This document shows positions 8,316-17,110 of a stretch of 42,247 bases of DNA, in pieces. The stretch lies in the IMG/VR virus record IMGVR_UViG_3300012041_000039, positions 1 to 42,247 of that record. The stretch is one strand, 5' to 3'. A model generated the notes under the pieces. It did no database searches and was not told the origin of the DNA. It saw only the letters and a program-made list of their open reading frames with translations. The position numbers were made by a program, and so were the translations under genes. This DNA comes from a virus (lineage: Duplodnaviria > Caudoviricetes). The stretch's first letter is position 1, and each line of letters starts with the position of its first letter.

Positions 8316-8840
8316 CTGATTTGGTCTAGGCTAGGACTCTACATAGTATTAGTAGTCCTAGTCAGTTTACTCAATGTAAGGGGTGTCAATGCATCTGATC
8401 GACAAACTTGCGAAGAAATACGAGGCACAGACTATTATTCATGGGAGGAACGAGAGTGGTTTCTTGTTAACTGCACAGCAACAAATAGAGCTACAGTTAC
8501 AATTGGACGAAGCTACGTCCCGCAATATGAAGGGGGAGTATGGCCCGGCGATTGGAGCGTTGATCAACTTATTGCGCTTATATGTAGTTATGGATGGCCC
8601 TGCAACGAAGCCGTTGGAGTGGTATTCGGAAACTCACGGTGTCCTTGGGGAGAATCAACAGGAAATCCTTTTGCGTACAGCGCTGGCAATTATGGATTAT
8701 TTCAAATCCATGCCGCCTCACACAGAGCCAAGTTTATCGGTGGAGAAGATCAACTCTACAACCCTACAGTTAACGTTGCAGTCGCGTTTATCATCTATGA
8801 CGAACAAGGCTGGTGGCCTTGGGGATGCCGACCGTACTAA
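8316..8840 (+). CDS. secreted lytic transglycosylase (SLT/lysozyme-like) with signal peptide
   Basis: C-terminal GES(cat. Glu)TGNP...NYGLFQI...LYNP..NVAVA...GWWPW. The frame is open back to 8304 and encodes a signal peptide (IWSRLGLYIVLVVLVSLLNVRGVNA) and a CEEIRGTDYYSWEEREWFLVNC module. Only near-cognate starts (CTG 8316, ATT 8319) are available. Confidence 0.8.
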   Translation: MIWSRLGLYIVLVVLVSLLNVRGVNASDRQTCEEIRGTDYYSWEEREWFLVNCTATNRATVTIGRSYVPQYEGGVWPGDWSVDQLIALICSYGWPCNEAVGVVFGNSRCPWGESTGNPFAYSAGNYGLFQIHAASHRAKFIGGEDQLYNPTVNVAVAFIIYDEQGWWPWGCRPY

Positions 8841-8853
8841 CACAGTTTATAAT

Positions 8854-8955
8854 TTGAAAAATTTTAATTGTGCTAATGGTCTACAGCATGTACCACATAG
8901 ATATACTTTACACGGTGAACAATGTTTTTGTAGTGGAGTCTCATTCAGTGCCTAA
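8854..8955 (+). CDS. 33-aa Cys/His mini-protein
   Basis: TTG start; C-x5-H-x2-H...CxG. It is the 3' end of track ORF 8383..8955. Confidence 0.45.
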   Translation: MKNFNCANGLQHVPHRYTLHGEQCFCSGVSFSA

Positions 8956-9124
8956 AGTTATCATGCCAACATGCAATACCTGTGGTACTTCAGATAATGT
9001 ATTTAGATGTAAAATCTGTAGTAAATGGGTATGTTTTGAATGTTTATGGTATCCTGTGCTTGATGTATGTGAACATAGAAAACCAGTGTTAGGAGTAAGC
9101 AAACCAGATTGGCTGCCCAATTAA
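8948..9124 (+). CDS. small Zn-finger protein
   Basis: Three CxxC pairs (CNTC, CKIC, CFEC) plus CEH; start likely GTG 8948 or ATG 8963 rather than 8870. Confidence 0.65.
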   Translation: MPKVIMPTCNTCGTSDNVFRCKICSKWVCFECLWYPVLDVCEHRKPVLGVSKPDWLPN

Positions 9125-9438
9125 TACTTGAAGAAAAAGTCAAAACAGAAGTTAAAGACTACTTAGAAGATTTAGCTCTACGATTACCTGATTCTACTAA
9201 ACTCGAATGGCTTCCTGAAGGGAGTAGGCTTACACTTAGAGTTTCAATGAATGTAAGTATGCGATTAAATGATTTAACTATTCCGCCTATTATACTTGAA
9301 GATCATATGTTAGACAATCTACGTTTAACTATGTTAGCATTTCTAGTAAAAGAAATATATCCCAAGCAAAGAACTTCGCAACCTTTAGATGAATGGCTTG
9401 TAGCTATGGCTAACGAAGGTAAAAACTTTGCTATCTAG
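9109..9438 (+). CDS. hypothetical protein
   Basis: 109-aa ORF in the gene run. Confidence 0.6.
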   Translation: MAAQLILEEKVKTEVKDYLEDLALRLPDSTKLEWLPEGSRLTLRVSMNVSMRLNDLTIPPIILEDHMLDNLRLTMLAFLVKEIYPKQRTSQPLDEWLVAMANEGKNFAI

Positions 9439-9673
9439 ACGAGAACGTAGATTGAGATTAACAATAAAAGAAATAGTACAGCTAATTGACGTTCGAAAAG
9501 AAATGTTGGTTGTTATAGAAAAATCACTTTCTGCAAAAGAAATAACTATGGAAATGTCTATTGGTTTAGTGGAGAGTTTTGATATACTCTTTGAGGAAAT
9601 AATTTACGGCTCTCCTACACGAAAACTAGAAGTTAAAAACGAACTACAAAAGATGCTTGGTAGCATTAAGTAA
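9428..9673 (+). CDS. hypothetical protein
   Basis: 81-aa ORF with GAAGGT RBS. Confidence 0.6.
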   Translation: MLSRRERRLRLTIKEIVQLIDVRKEMLVVIEKSLSAKEITMEMSIGLVESFDILFEEIIYGSPTRKLEVKNELQKMLGSIK

Positions 9674-9708
9674 CAATTGACGTTGGGGCAAAACAACACA
9701 GAAAGTTA

Positions 9709-12700
9709 ATGATGACTTTACCTGCCTTCACAGAAAATGCTCTGACTGTATTAGGGAAGCGATATCTTCAACCAAATGAAACTCCCGCTGAGATGTTACA
9801 GCGTGTTGCGGGAGGACATGAAGATTTTTATGAGCTTATGGCTCGTATGGATTTTCTTCCCAATTCACCTACTTTGTTTAACAAAGGTGTACCTGATAGC
9901 GGTACATATAGTGCTTGCTTTGTATTTGATATTCCTGATTCTATGGAAGGAATCATGGATACAGCTACAAAGGCAGCTATGGTACAAAAGTGGGGTGGTG
10001 GTGTAGGTTACTGTTTATCAGACATACGACCTAAAGGTTCGTACATAAAGAGTACCCACAAGTCAGCATGTGGCCCCGTAGCTGTATTAAAGATGCTTCA
10101 TAGTGTAAGTACTATGATAACTCAGGGTGGTAAACGTGCTGGTGCACAGATGGCTATACTCCATTGTGGTCATCCTGACTTGCAAGAGTTTATTCACTGT
10201 AAAGATGATGACCCTGATGCCTTAAATACTTTCAATATTAGTGTTGCACTAACCGATGATTTCATGTCGTCAGCTTATTTAGGTAATGAACCCCAAGCTA
10301 GTTTATTACGTGAAATGGCCCAAAGCGCATGGCGTACAGGTGACCCAGGAGTCTTTTTTATAGATGAGGTTAACCGAAAAAACCCTACTCCGTGGTTATA
10401 TAAAATCAATGCGTGCAACCCTTGTGGTGAACAGCCGCTAGCTACAGACGAATCATGTAATCTTGGAAGCTTAAATCTTGGTAATTATATTACTCCATTC
10501 AATGCAGTCAATTGGACAAAGCTCGAACATGATGCTCGTACCGCCACGAGGTTTCTCGACCACATACTCGATACCAATTCATTCCCTACGCAATCGATTA
10601 CCGACGCAAACAATCTTACTCGTAAAATTGGTTTAGGTGTTATGGGTTGGGCTGATATGCTCGCCATTTTAGGCATTCATTATGATACAGATGAAGCTGT
10701 AAATCTGGGCGAACAAATTATGCAGACAATCCATACGACGGCTATTACTGAAAGTCACAAACTTGCTAAAGAAAAAGGTACTTATGACGGTTGGCAAGAA
10801 GGTGAAGATTTCCGTCGTAACGCTTGTGTTACAACTGTAGCACCTACAGGATGCCAAACTGGAGAGACTTTAATTGTATCGGAAATAGGTATAGTTCGAT
10901 TAGATGAACTTGGCGATACTTATGGTGACAAATGGCAAGATTTAGGTATCAAAGTTTCTCAAGAAGGTAAGACCGAACTAGCAACTAGATTCTATATAAA
11001 CGGAAAAGCTAAAACTAAAAAGATTACACTTTCAAGTGGTATTGTATTAGAGTGTACTCCAAATCATAAGTATAGAGTTTTCAAAGATGAATCTTATGAT
11101 TGGATACGTGCAGATGAACTTAGCCCTCTAGATCGTGTTGCTACACGTATAGGTGGATATACTAATACAATTGAATATCCTTTACGACAACTTCCTATAC
11201 GATCAACTAGGAGAGGTGTTCTTCCAAAAAAGATTACTTTTCCCAGTGAAATGTCTCCAAAGTTAGCATTATTTCTTGGTATGTTCATAGGAAATGGTAG
11301 TGTACATGATAAAGGAATACGTCTACACTTTAATGATGAGCATACTGAGAAGATAGAGCTTGCTATCTCTCTCATAAAAGAACTATTCAATTGGGATTCA
11401 AAAGCTCTAAAAGAGCACACCTGTACTTCTATTTATTTATCTTCAACATCATTGAAGAATTGGCTCGATATAAATGGGCTGAATAAAAATCTATCAATAG
11501 ATGCTGTCATTCCTCCACCTATTAGAATGTCTAGTGTAGATTCTATAGAGATGTTTATAGCTGGATTGTGGATGACTGATGGTAGTATTACAGGTAACAC
11601 TAAATATATTGATACTTCTAGTTTTCAATTAGCACAAGAGCTATTAGTATGTATGAGAGCTATAGGCCAAAACGGTAGAATAACAATTTATGAAACTATA
11701 AAGGGACGAATAAGTCAAAAACCATCCTACAGAATATTCTGGAAAGATTTTGGATCTTCATCACAAGTATATGATGGAACTGGTTCTTCACGTAAGGATA
11801 AAGATTTCAAACGTAAGATACGAGAAACTTATAGTGAATTACTTTGGGATGACGTTGTTGAAATAGAAGATTCTGAAGCTGATACTTATGATATTGAAGT
11901 CCCTGAGAATAACACATATATAGCTAATAGTGTTATATCTCACAATACGATAAGTTTGCTACTTGGTGCAAGTAGTGGTATTGAACCTCACTTCGCTATT
12001 GAGTGGACACGATACATGTATCAAAACAATGAGCGTATTCCTCTTGTTGAAAAGATACCTGTTATGAGCCGTGTGCCCGCAGGTTTTGTACCAAAGACTG
12101 CTATGGAAATAGCTCCTGAATGGCACATAAAACATCAAGCAGCCTTTCAGAAATGGGTTGATTCAGGTGTTTCAAAGACAATAAACATGCCTGAATCAGC
12201 AACAGTAGAAGATATTTACAACGCCTACATAATGATGTGGCAAACAGGTTGTAAAGGTGGTACGGTTTATCGCGATAAGTCTCGTGGTACTCAAGTACTT
12301 AACGTTGAACCTCGTACTTCTATAATAGATGAAGCTTTTAGTCTTATAGATGAAGCGGCTTTTGATATAGATAAAGGTTCAGTTGAAGGTTTAACTAAAC
12401 TTGAAGCATTTGTCGATAAAATGGAATTACAAACTGGTGGTGTTATATATTCACCAGTACGACGTAAGCTTCCTGATGAACGACCTTCAATAACTCATAA
12501 GTTTCGTGTAGGTGATCAAGAAGGTTACATAACTGTAGGTCTGTTTGAAGATGGTATGCCCGGTGAATTATTCATTAGTTTAGCCAAAGATGGTTCAACC
12601 ATGCATGGTCTGTTAGAAAGTATTGGTATACTTACGTCATTGTGCTTGCAGTACGGTGTACCACTAGATCACTTAACGCATAAGATGCAAGGTATTGAAT

Positions 12701-12936
12701 TTGAGCCTCATGGTTTTACTTCCAACAAATTAATACCTCAAGCTAGCTCTATAGTGGATTACATATTTCACTACATGAGACACCGTTTTCTTCCTTGGAC
12801 ACTTGACGTAGACACGATACCTACGGAATCCTTAGTAGTTAATGGTTTGCTTTGTCCTGATTGTGGTAGCCAAACAGTACAACAAGAAGGTTGTACTAAA
12901 TGTATAAGTTCTTCATGTGGATGGTCTAGATGTTAA
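9709..12936 (+). CDS. nrdJ: class II (adenosylcobalamin-dependent) ribonucleotide reductase, intein-containing, with C-terminal TSCPD-like domain and Zn ribbon
   Basis: FLPNSPTL, SACFV, GGGVG, RAGAQM, GDPG, NPCGEQPL (thiyl Cys), CNLGSLNL, RKIGLG, APTG/TIS, DSGVSKTIN, GCKGGTVYRD; C-terminal CPDC...C..C...CGWSRC; no class I beta-subunit gene in the window. Confidence 0.93.
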   Translation: MMTLPAFTENALTVLGKRYLQPNETPAEMLQRVAGGHEDFYELMARMDFLPNSPTLFNKGVPDSGTYSACFVFDIPDSMEGIMDTATKAAMVQKWGGGVGYCLSDIRPKGSYIKSTHKSACGPVAVLKMLHSVSTMITQGGKRAGAQMAILHCGHPDLQEFIHCKDDDPDALNTFNISVALTDDFMSSAYLGNEPQASLLREMAQSAWRTGDPGVFFIDEVNRKNPTPWLYKINACNPCGEQPLATDESCNLGSLNLGNYITPFNAVNWTKLEHDARTATRFLDHILDTNSFPTQSITDANNLTRKIGLGVMGWADMLAILGIHYDTDEAVNLGEQIMQTIHTTAITESHKLAKEKGTYDGWQEGEDFRRNACVTTVAPTGCQTGETLIVSEIGIVRLDELGDTYGDKWQDLGIKVSQEGKTELATRFYINGKAKTKKITLSSGIVLECTPNHKYRVFKDESYDWIRADELSPLDRVATRIGGYTNTIEYPLRQLPIRSTRRGVLPKKITFPSEMSPKLALFLGMFIGNGSVHDKGIRLHFNDEHTEKIELAISLIKELFNWDSKALKEHTCTSIYLSSTSLKNWLDINGLNKNLSIDAVIPPPIRMSSVDSIEMFIAGLWMTDGSITGNTKYIDTSSFQLAQELLVCMRAIGQNGRITIYETIKGRISQKPSYRIFWKDFGSSSQVYDGTGSSRKDKDFKRKIRETYSELLWDDVVEIEDSEADTYDIEVPENNTYIANSVISHNTISLLLGASSGIEPHFAIEWTRYMYQNNERIPLVEKIPVMSRVPAGFVPKTAMEIAPEWHIKHQAAFQKWVDSGVSKTINMPESATVEDIYNAYIMMWQTGCKGGTVYRDKSRGTQVLNVEPRTSIIDEAFSLIDEAAFDIDKGSVEGLTKLEAFVDKMELQTGGVIYSPVRRKLPDERPSITHKFRVGDQEGYITVGLFEDGMPGELFISLAKDGSTMHGLLESIGILTSLCLQYGVPLDHLTHKMQGIEFEPHGFTSNKLIPQASSIVDYIFHYMRHRFLPWTLDVDTIPTESLVVNGLLCPDCGSQTVQQEGCTKCISSSCGWSRC
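10852..11946 (+). mobile_element. 365-aa intein with LAGLIDADG homing endonuclease in nrdJ
   Basis: Interrupts APTG|TISLL; begins CQTGET, block B LECTPNHKY, LAGLIDADG motifs FLGMFIGNGS and FIAGLWMTDGS, block F TYDIEV, ends SHN followed by Thr. Confidence 0.93.
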
Positions 12937-13172
12937 ACGTTATTGCAATAGATCCAGATGGTAAGGAATATGAATTAGGTTCAGTGATCTTCGAAGCTGA
13001 ATTCTATACTCATATGCCTGAAAGTATAACGATTAGCAATGTAAAGATTCGTGACACTGAATCTCACGAAGAGATAGCTATGTATGATTTAAGCTTATCA
13101 CAAAAGTATTTTGCAAAAGGAGAAGCTTTTAGCATAACATTCGTGATAACTGCATGGGATAAACAACCATGA
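12930..13172 (+). CDS. hypothetical protein
   Basis: 80-aa ORF overlapping the nrdJ stop and the polymerase start. Confidence 0.65.
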   Translation: MLNVIAIDPDGKEYELGSVIFEAEFYTHMPESITISNVKIRDTESHEEIAMYDLSLSQKYFAKGEAFSITFVITAWDKQP

Positions 13173-15748
13173 TTACATGTCATCCAGAGGGGGTAGTTGG
13201 TTACGGCCAACTACCCTCCGATATAATGGCTGTGGGTATCGCACCCGGTAGAGCAGAAATGAAGGATAAGAAGCCATTCGTAGGGCCAAGTGGAAAAAAC
13301 TTAGATGGCTTATTAAAATTTGTTGGATATAAACGTGAAGAAGTATTTACAACAAACTTGTATTGCCAATGGAACGATGCCCCAACTGAAGAAGAAATCA
13401 TGGGATGCTTCCCACGATTTGCTGAAGAAGTAGCTCTATGCAAACCAAAGATCATAGTTTGTATGGGTAAAATTGTAACTGAATTTCTCATGGCTGATGT
13501 TACGGGCGGTGAGAAATTCGGTTCAGTTAATGGCGGAGCTTTCTGGTCGCCACAATACAACTGTTGGATGCTATCCACTAATCATCCTGCGGCATTTATT
13601 GATCGAGGCGATGATAGTGGTTATGTAGATATAGCTGAGGGTGTTCGCGATTTCCGAAAAATACCTTTGTACTTAAATGCTCCACCCGATTTTGGTAAAG
13701 TAGATTACACAGTACTAGACACCGTAGACGCAGCAATACATCATATTAATCATTTTATGACGCATAGAAATGATGTAGTAGCTATCGACGTAGAGACATA
13801 TTACCCTGACGATGCACAGGGGCGAAAAGGCATGATCTCTATTGCCTTTACGTGTAGTTGCGGTACTTTCCACATACCGAAAGATATTATCAATCGAATT
13901 GACTATTCATCGTTAGCTGAGTTTGAGTGCAGATGGACTTATCATAACGGTCAGTTTGACCGTAATCAAATCAAGAAGTGGCTAGGCCCAGATCTACTCA
14001 TACATGAAGATACCATGCTTATGAGCTACAGTCTTGACGAGCGTGGTGGTGGAGATAAAGAAGCCGACTCTAGCGGTCAGGATCGTAGCGTAGGTATTCA
14101 TGGTCTTAAATTGTTAAGCATGGAATATCTTGGTGCAGGTCTATATGGTAAAAAAGCCAAAGATAATATCCCAGACCTTACACCTGAAGAATTAGCTTTA
14201 TACAACAGCAGTGATGCTGCATACACATATAGGCTACAGCGATACTTCGAACCTCTTCAAATTGCTGACTCCGTTCGAGATATGTATCTCAAACTTCTTA
14301 TACCTGGCGCTAATACGTTTTCGGAAATTACTGAGCGTGGAGTTTACATTGATAATGAAGCTTTAGGTGCTCTAGTAAGAGAATGGGTTCCTGAGTATTT
14401 CAGGCTTGAAGAGGAATTACAGAAAAGTGCACTAGAGCTTGGCTGGAAAGACGTTGATTTAACAGGCCATAAGTCATGGACTCGCGAATCAATCAATACT
14501 AGTAGCCCACAACAGATAGCTCACTTCATCTACGATATACTCGGTGCTCCACATATGGGTAGAGATAAGATGTACAGAAGTACCGCTAAACCCATTATTG
14601 AAATCTTAGTTAAAGAATATCCTAATCATCCCGCAAGTATATGGTTACAAATAGAATTAGAATGGCGAGGACGTGAACGTGATATTAACACATACATCGG
14701 TGGAGTTGAGCGTACTAGAGACTCCGAAGGTTTCATCCATCCAGAAGCTCTCTTACATGGCACCAGACACGGACGAGCAGCGTATCATAACCCACCAGTA
14801 CAAACTATTCCGAAAGCTCGTACAGTTGGAGAAGATCGTGCAAGAATACGCCGAATATTTAGTGCTGCGCCTCCTTCTTCTAAGAATACGGGCGAAAGAG
14901 TTTTGCTCGAAGCCGATGGTAGGCAAGCTGAACTTTGGTCTAGTTATTTTGTTTCTGGCGACGAGCAGATGCGTATCGACTTAACGACATGTGAAATATG
15001 TGAGGAACCTACACATCTTATTGGCCCTGATCTTATAGGTGACGTACATCACAATGCTTATTGTGAAGGTACATTAAAGAAACATAAATCAGATTTTCAT
15101 GGTAGAGCAGCAACCGCTGCATGGGGAGAAACCAAAGATTCAGTACCTATAACCGAATGGAAGTACATACGTGATTCGATGAAGCGTATCGTATACGGCG
15201 CTAACTATGGTGCTGGCCCTGATGCATTGGTTGAAGATCGTAAAGCGGAAGGTATCGCAGGATCTAACTATCGCTTTCTTGCTACTCGTAAGGAAGCCAA
15301 AGATTCAATTGATGCTTATCTAGCTAAATATAATATATTTAAAGCATGGCGTGAGAATGAGCGTCGTATAGTACAGACTGAAGGCGAGCAGGTTAGTCGT
15401 ACAGGTCGTAAGCGTCGCTACTATATGATTCAGTCTTACAAACAATTGAATCAAGCTATCAATACACCAGTCTCTAGCTTTGCTCACGACTTCATATTAA
15501 TGTCAATCATTGAGCTTCACAAACTTTTGGCGGAATTTGATGCCTACGTACTTTATGAAGTGCATGACTCGATAGTATTCGATATTCCGAAAATGTATCT
15601 CAAGGAATGTATCAAACTAATTGAATACGTAATGACAAAACCTCGTTGGGGTACTCCCTGTGGAATTCCTGTCGATATGGAGCTTGGTGAAAATTGGTTT
15701 GATTTGGAATCACTAGAAGATTATATGAAACATGAGGTTGCAGCATGA
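13169..15748 (+). CDS. polA: family A DNA polymerase with N-terminal uracil-DNA-glycosylase (family 4-like) domain and 3'-5' exonuclease
   Basis: UDG: VGIAPG..E....PFVGPSG, PKIIVCMG, NHPAA. Exo I/II/III: IDVET, HNGQFD, YNSSDA. Pol motif A ADGRQAELW, motif B RDSMKRIVYGANYG, motif C VHDSIVF. Confidence 0.92.
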   Translation: MITCHPEGVVGYGQLPSDIMAVGIAPGRAEMKDKKPFVGPSGKNLDGLLKFVGYKREEVFTTNLYCQWNDAPTEEEIMGCFPRFAEEVALCKPKIIVCMGKIVTEFLMADVTGGEKFGSVNGGAFWSPQYNCWMLSTNHPAAFIDRGDDSGYVDIAEGVRDFRKIPLYLNAPPDFGKVDYTVLDTVDAAIHHINHFMTHRNDVVAIDVETYYPDDAQGRKGMISIAFTCSCGTFHIPKDIINRIDYSSLAEFECRWTYHNGQFDRNQIKKWLGPDLLIHEDTMLMSYSLDERGGGDKEADSSGQDRSVGIHGLKLLSMEYLGAGLYGKKAKDNIPDLTPEELALYNSSDAAYTYRLQRYFEPLQIADSVRDMYLKLLIPGANTFSEITERGVYIDNEALGALVREWVPEYFRLEEELQKSALELGWKDVDLTGHKSWTRESINTSSPQQIAHFIYDILGAPHMGRDKMYRSTAKPIIEILVKEYPNHPASIWLQIELEWRGRERDINTYIGGVERTRDSEGFIHPEALLHGTRHGRAAYHNPPVQTIPKARTVGEDRARIRRIFSAAPPSSKNTGERVLLEADGRQAELWSSYFVSGDEQMRIDLTTCEICEEPTHLIGPDLIGDVHHNAYCEGTLKKHKSDFHGRAATAAWGETKDSVPITEWKYIRDSMKRIVYGANYGAGPDALVEDRKAEGIAGSNYRFLATRKEAKDSIDAYLAKYNIFKAWRENERRIVQTEGEQVSRTGRKRRYYMIQSYKQLNQAINTPVSSFAHDFILMSIIELHKLLAEFDAYVLYEVHDSIVFDIPKMYLKECIKLIEYVMTKPRWGTPCGIPVDMELGENWFDLESLEDYMKHEVAA

Positions 15749-15939
15749 GTATACCCTTGGTAGTTCAATGTAGTAAATGCGGTCAACGTATGATAAGTGA
15801 ATATGATACTATAGTTTCAGTAGATCCCTTTACTACTTCTAGAATAGAAATCTCTTTAGAAGCTCAATATTCAATGCTTATAATTCATATGCTAGAACAC
15901 ATAAGTAATGATTTACGATCAATAAAATTGAGTGTTTAG
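15745..15939 (+). CDS. small Zn-finger-like protein
   Basis: CSKC...H-x3-H; ATGA overlap. Confidence 0.6.
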   Translation: MSIPLVVQCSKCGQRMISEYDTIVSVDPFTTSRIEISLEAQYSMLIIHMLEHISNDLRSIKLSV

Positions 15940-15940
15940 C

Positions 15941-16099
15941 ATGACATTAGAGAAAGTTCCTTTATGGTTTAAGGAGAAACGTCCAAATGGCTATCGTTGG
16001 ATATGTAGTATTTGTGAACACTGGAATAGCGAAACTGACGAAGTATGTTTCACGTGTACCGCAAACACACGTCCTGAATGGAGTAAACCATTAAAATGA
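15941..16099 (+). CDS. 52-aa RanBP2-type Zn-finger protein
   Basis: WICSICEHWNSETDEVCFTC equals W-x-C-x2-C-x3-N-x6-C-x2-C; ATGA overlap downstream; below the track cutoff. Confidence 0.7.
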   Translation: MTLEKVPLWFKEKRPNGYRWICSICEHWNSETDEVCFTCTANTRPEWSKPLK

Positions 16100-16389
16100 C
16101 ATGGCTCGAAGAAGCAATTAAACAATTTGACGAAGAAAGAGAAAGTAGGTCTGATGCTCGTAAACAATATTACAGTGTGAAATCAACTGAATACTTAGTC
16201 CTTAAAGATTTAATAAGTAAAACAGAAGTAATGACTCTTTCCGCTAATACACAGGGTGGAAATCGAAAATGGGATCAACGTGATCCATTTCTAGATCGTT
16301 TGGCTGAATTAGTAGATGAATTTTATCCTATGTGGAAACGTACACCATCCGAAGAAGCTAAGTTTCAACAGGCTATAAATTCATGGTAA
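16096..16389 (+). CDS. hypothetical protein
   Basis: 97-aa ORF, coupled. Confidence 0.6.
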   Translation: MTWLEEAIKQFDEERESRSDARKQYYSVKSTEYLVLKDLISKTEVMTLSANTQGGNRKWDQRDPFLDRLAELVDEFYPMWKRTPSEEAKFQQAINSW

Positions 16390-16601
16390 TGTTATTTCAT
16401 TATACTGATTCATACCCTAAAGGCAGAAAGTATGTATTCCAAAACATACTTGATTTTGGTATGGGAGATGCTATATATGTATCGAATGTAGCTTGTGCAA
16501 ATATAGGTCGTAGAACACGTCGCCGTTTCCAACTATGGCACATAAAGGGTGAAGCATTAGATTTCAAAATAACCTATAAATCCTACAAAAGACATGCCTA
16601 A
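16383..16601 (+). CDS. hypothetical basic protein
   Basis: 72-aa ORF overlapping both neighbours. Confidence 0.5.
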   Translation: MVMLFHYTDSYPKGRKYVFQNILDFGMGDAIYVSNVACANIGRRTRRRFQLWHIKGEALDFKITYKSYKRHA

Positions 16602-17109
16602 AGTAACTATTCCTAATACACCATATAAAGGTAAACCCTCTGGAGCACGCTTACCTGCGCGTAGGGCATCAACTCCTAGAGGACGTGTATATCCTAAATC
16701 TCCACCGTTAGCTCCACCTAGCGATCACCGTATAATTGCTATTGATCCCGGATATACGACAGGCATTGCAGCACGCATTGATAGTAAGCTATGGACATGC
16801 GTTGCAACTACCAATGATGAAGTACTCGGCATGTTAGATACTATGGAATATGTAGTAGTTGAGCGATTTGAGACAGCAGGTCGCCTAAGCGCACCGGGTC
16901 ATCATACAATTAATTTAGTAGGTGAGATAGTGGGTTGGTGTAAAGCCAAAGGAATAAAGTATGAATTATGTATGCCACAACAACGTTGGATGATGATGAC
17001 AGAAGCTCGTGGGGCCGTAGGTACTCTCATAGAACCTTCTAAAGTTGCAAAGCACGAAACGGATGCTCTTGCACATCTTCTCGCTTTCGAGTATAGACGA
17101 CGGTGGTAA
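16594..17109 (+). CDS. RuvC-like Holliday junction resolvase (RNase H fold) with basic Pro-rich N-terminal tail
   Basis: IIAIDPGYTTGIA, VVVERF and HETDALAH acidic motifs. Confidence 0.8.
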   Translation: MPKVTIPNTPYKGKPSGARLPARRASTPRGRVYPKSPPLAPPSDHRIIAIDPGYTTGIAARIDSKLWTCVATTNDEVLGMLDTMEYVVVERFETAGRLSAPGHHTINLVGEIVGWCKAKGIKYELCMPQQRWMMMTEARGAVGTLIEPSKVAKHETDALAHLLAFEYRRRW

Positions 17110-17110
17110 A

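Noticed and set aside
8383-8955. 190-aa track ORF as a real gene
   Set aside because: It overlaps the frame carrying the signal peptide and SLT motifs and has no recognisable motif. Only its last 33 codons (8854..8955) look like a separate gene. A true overprinted gene cannot be fully excluded.
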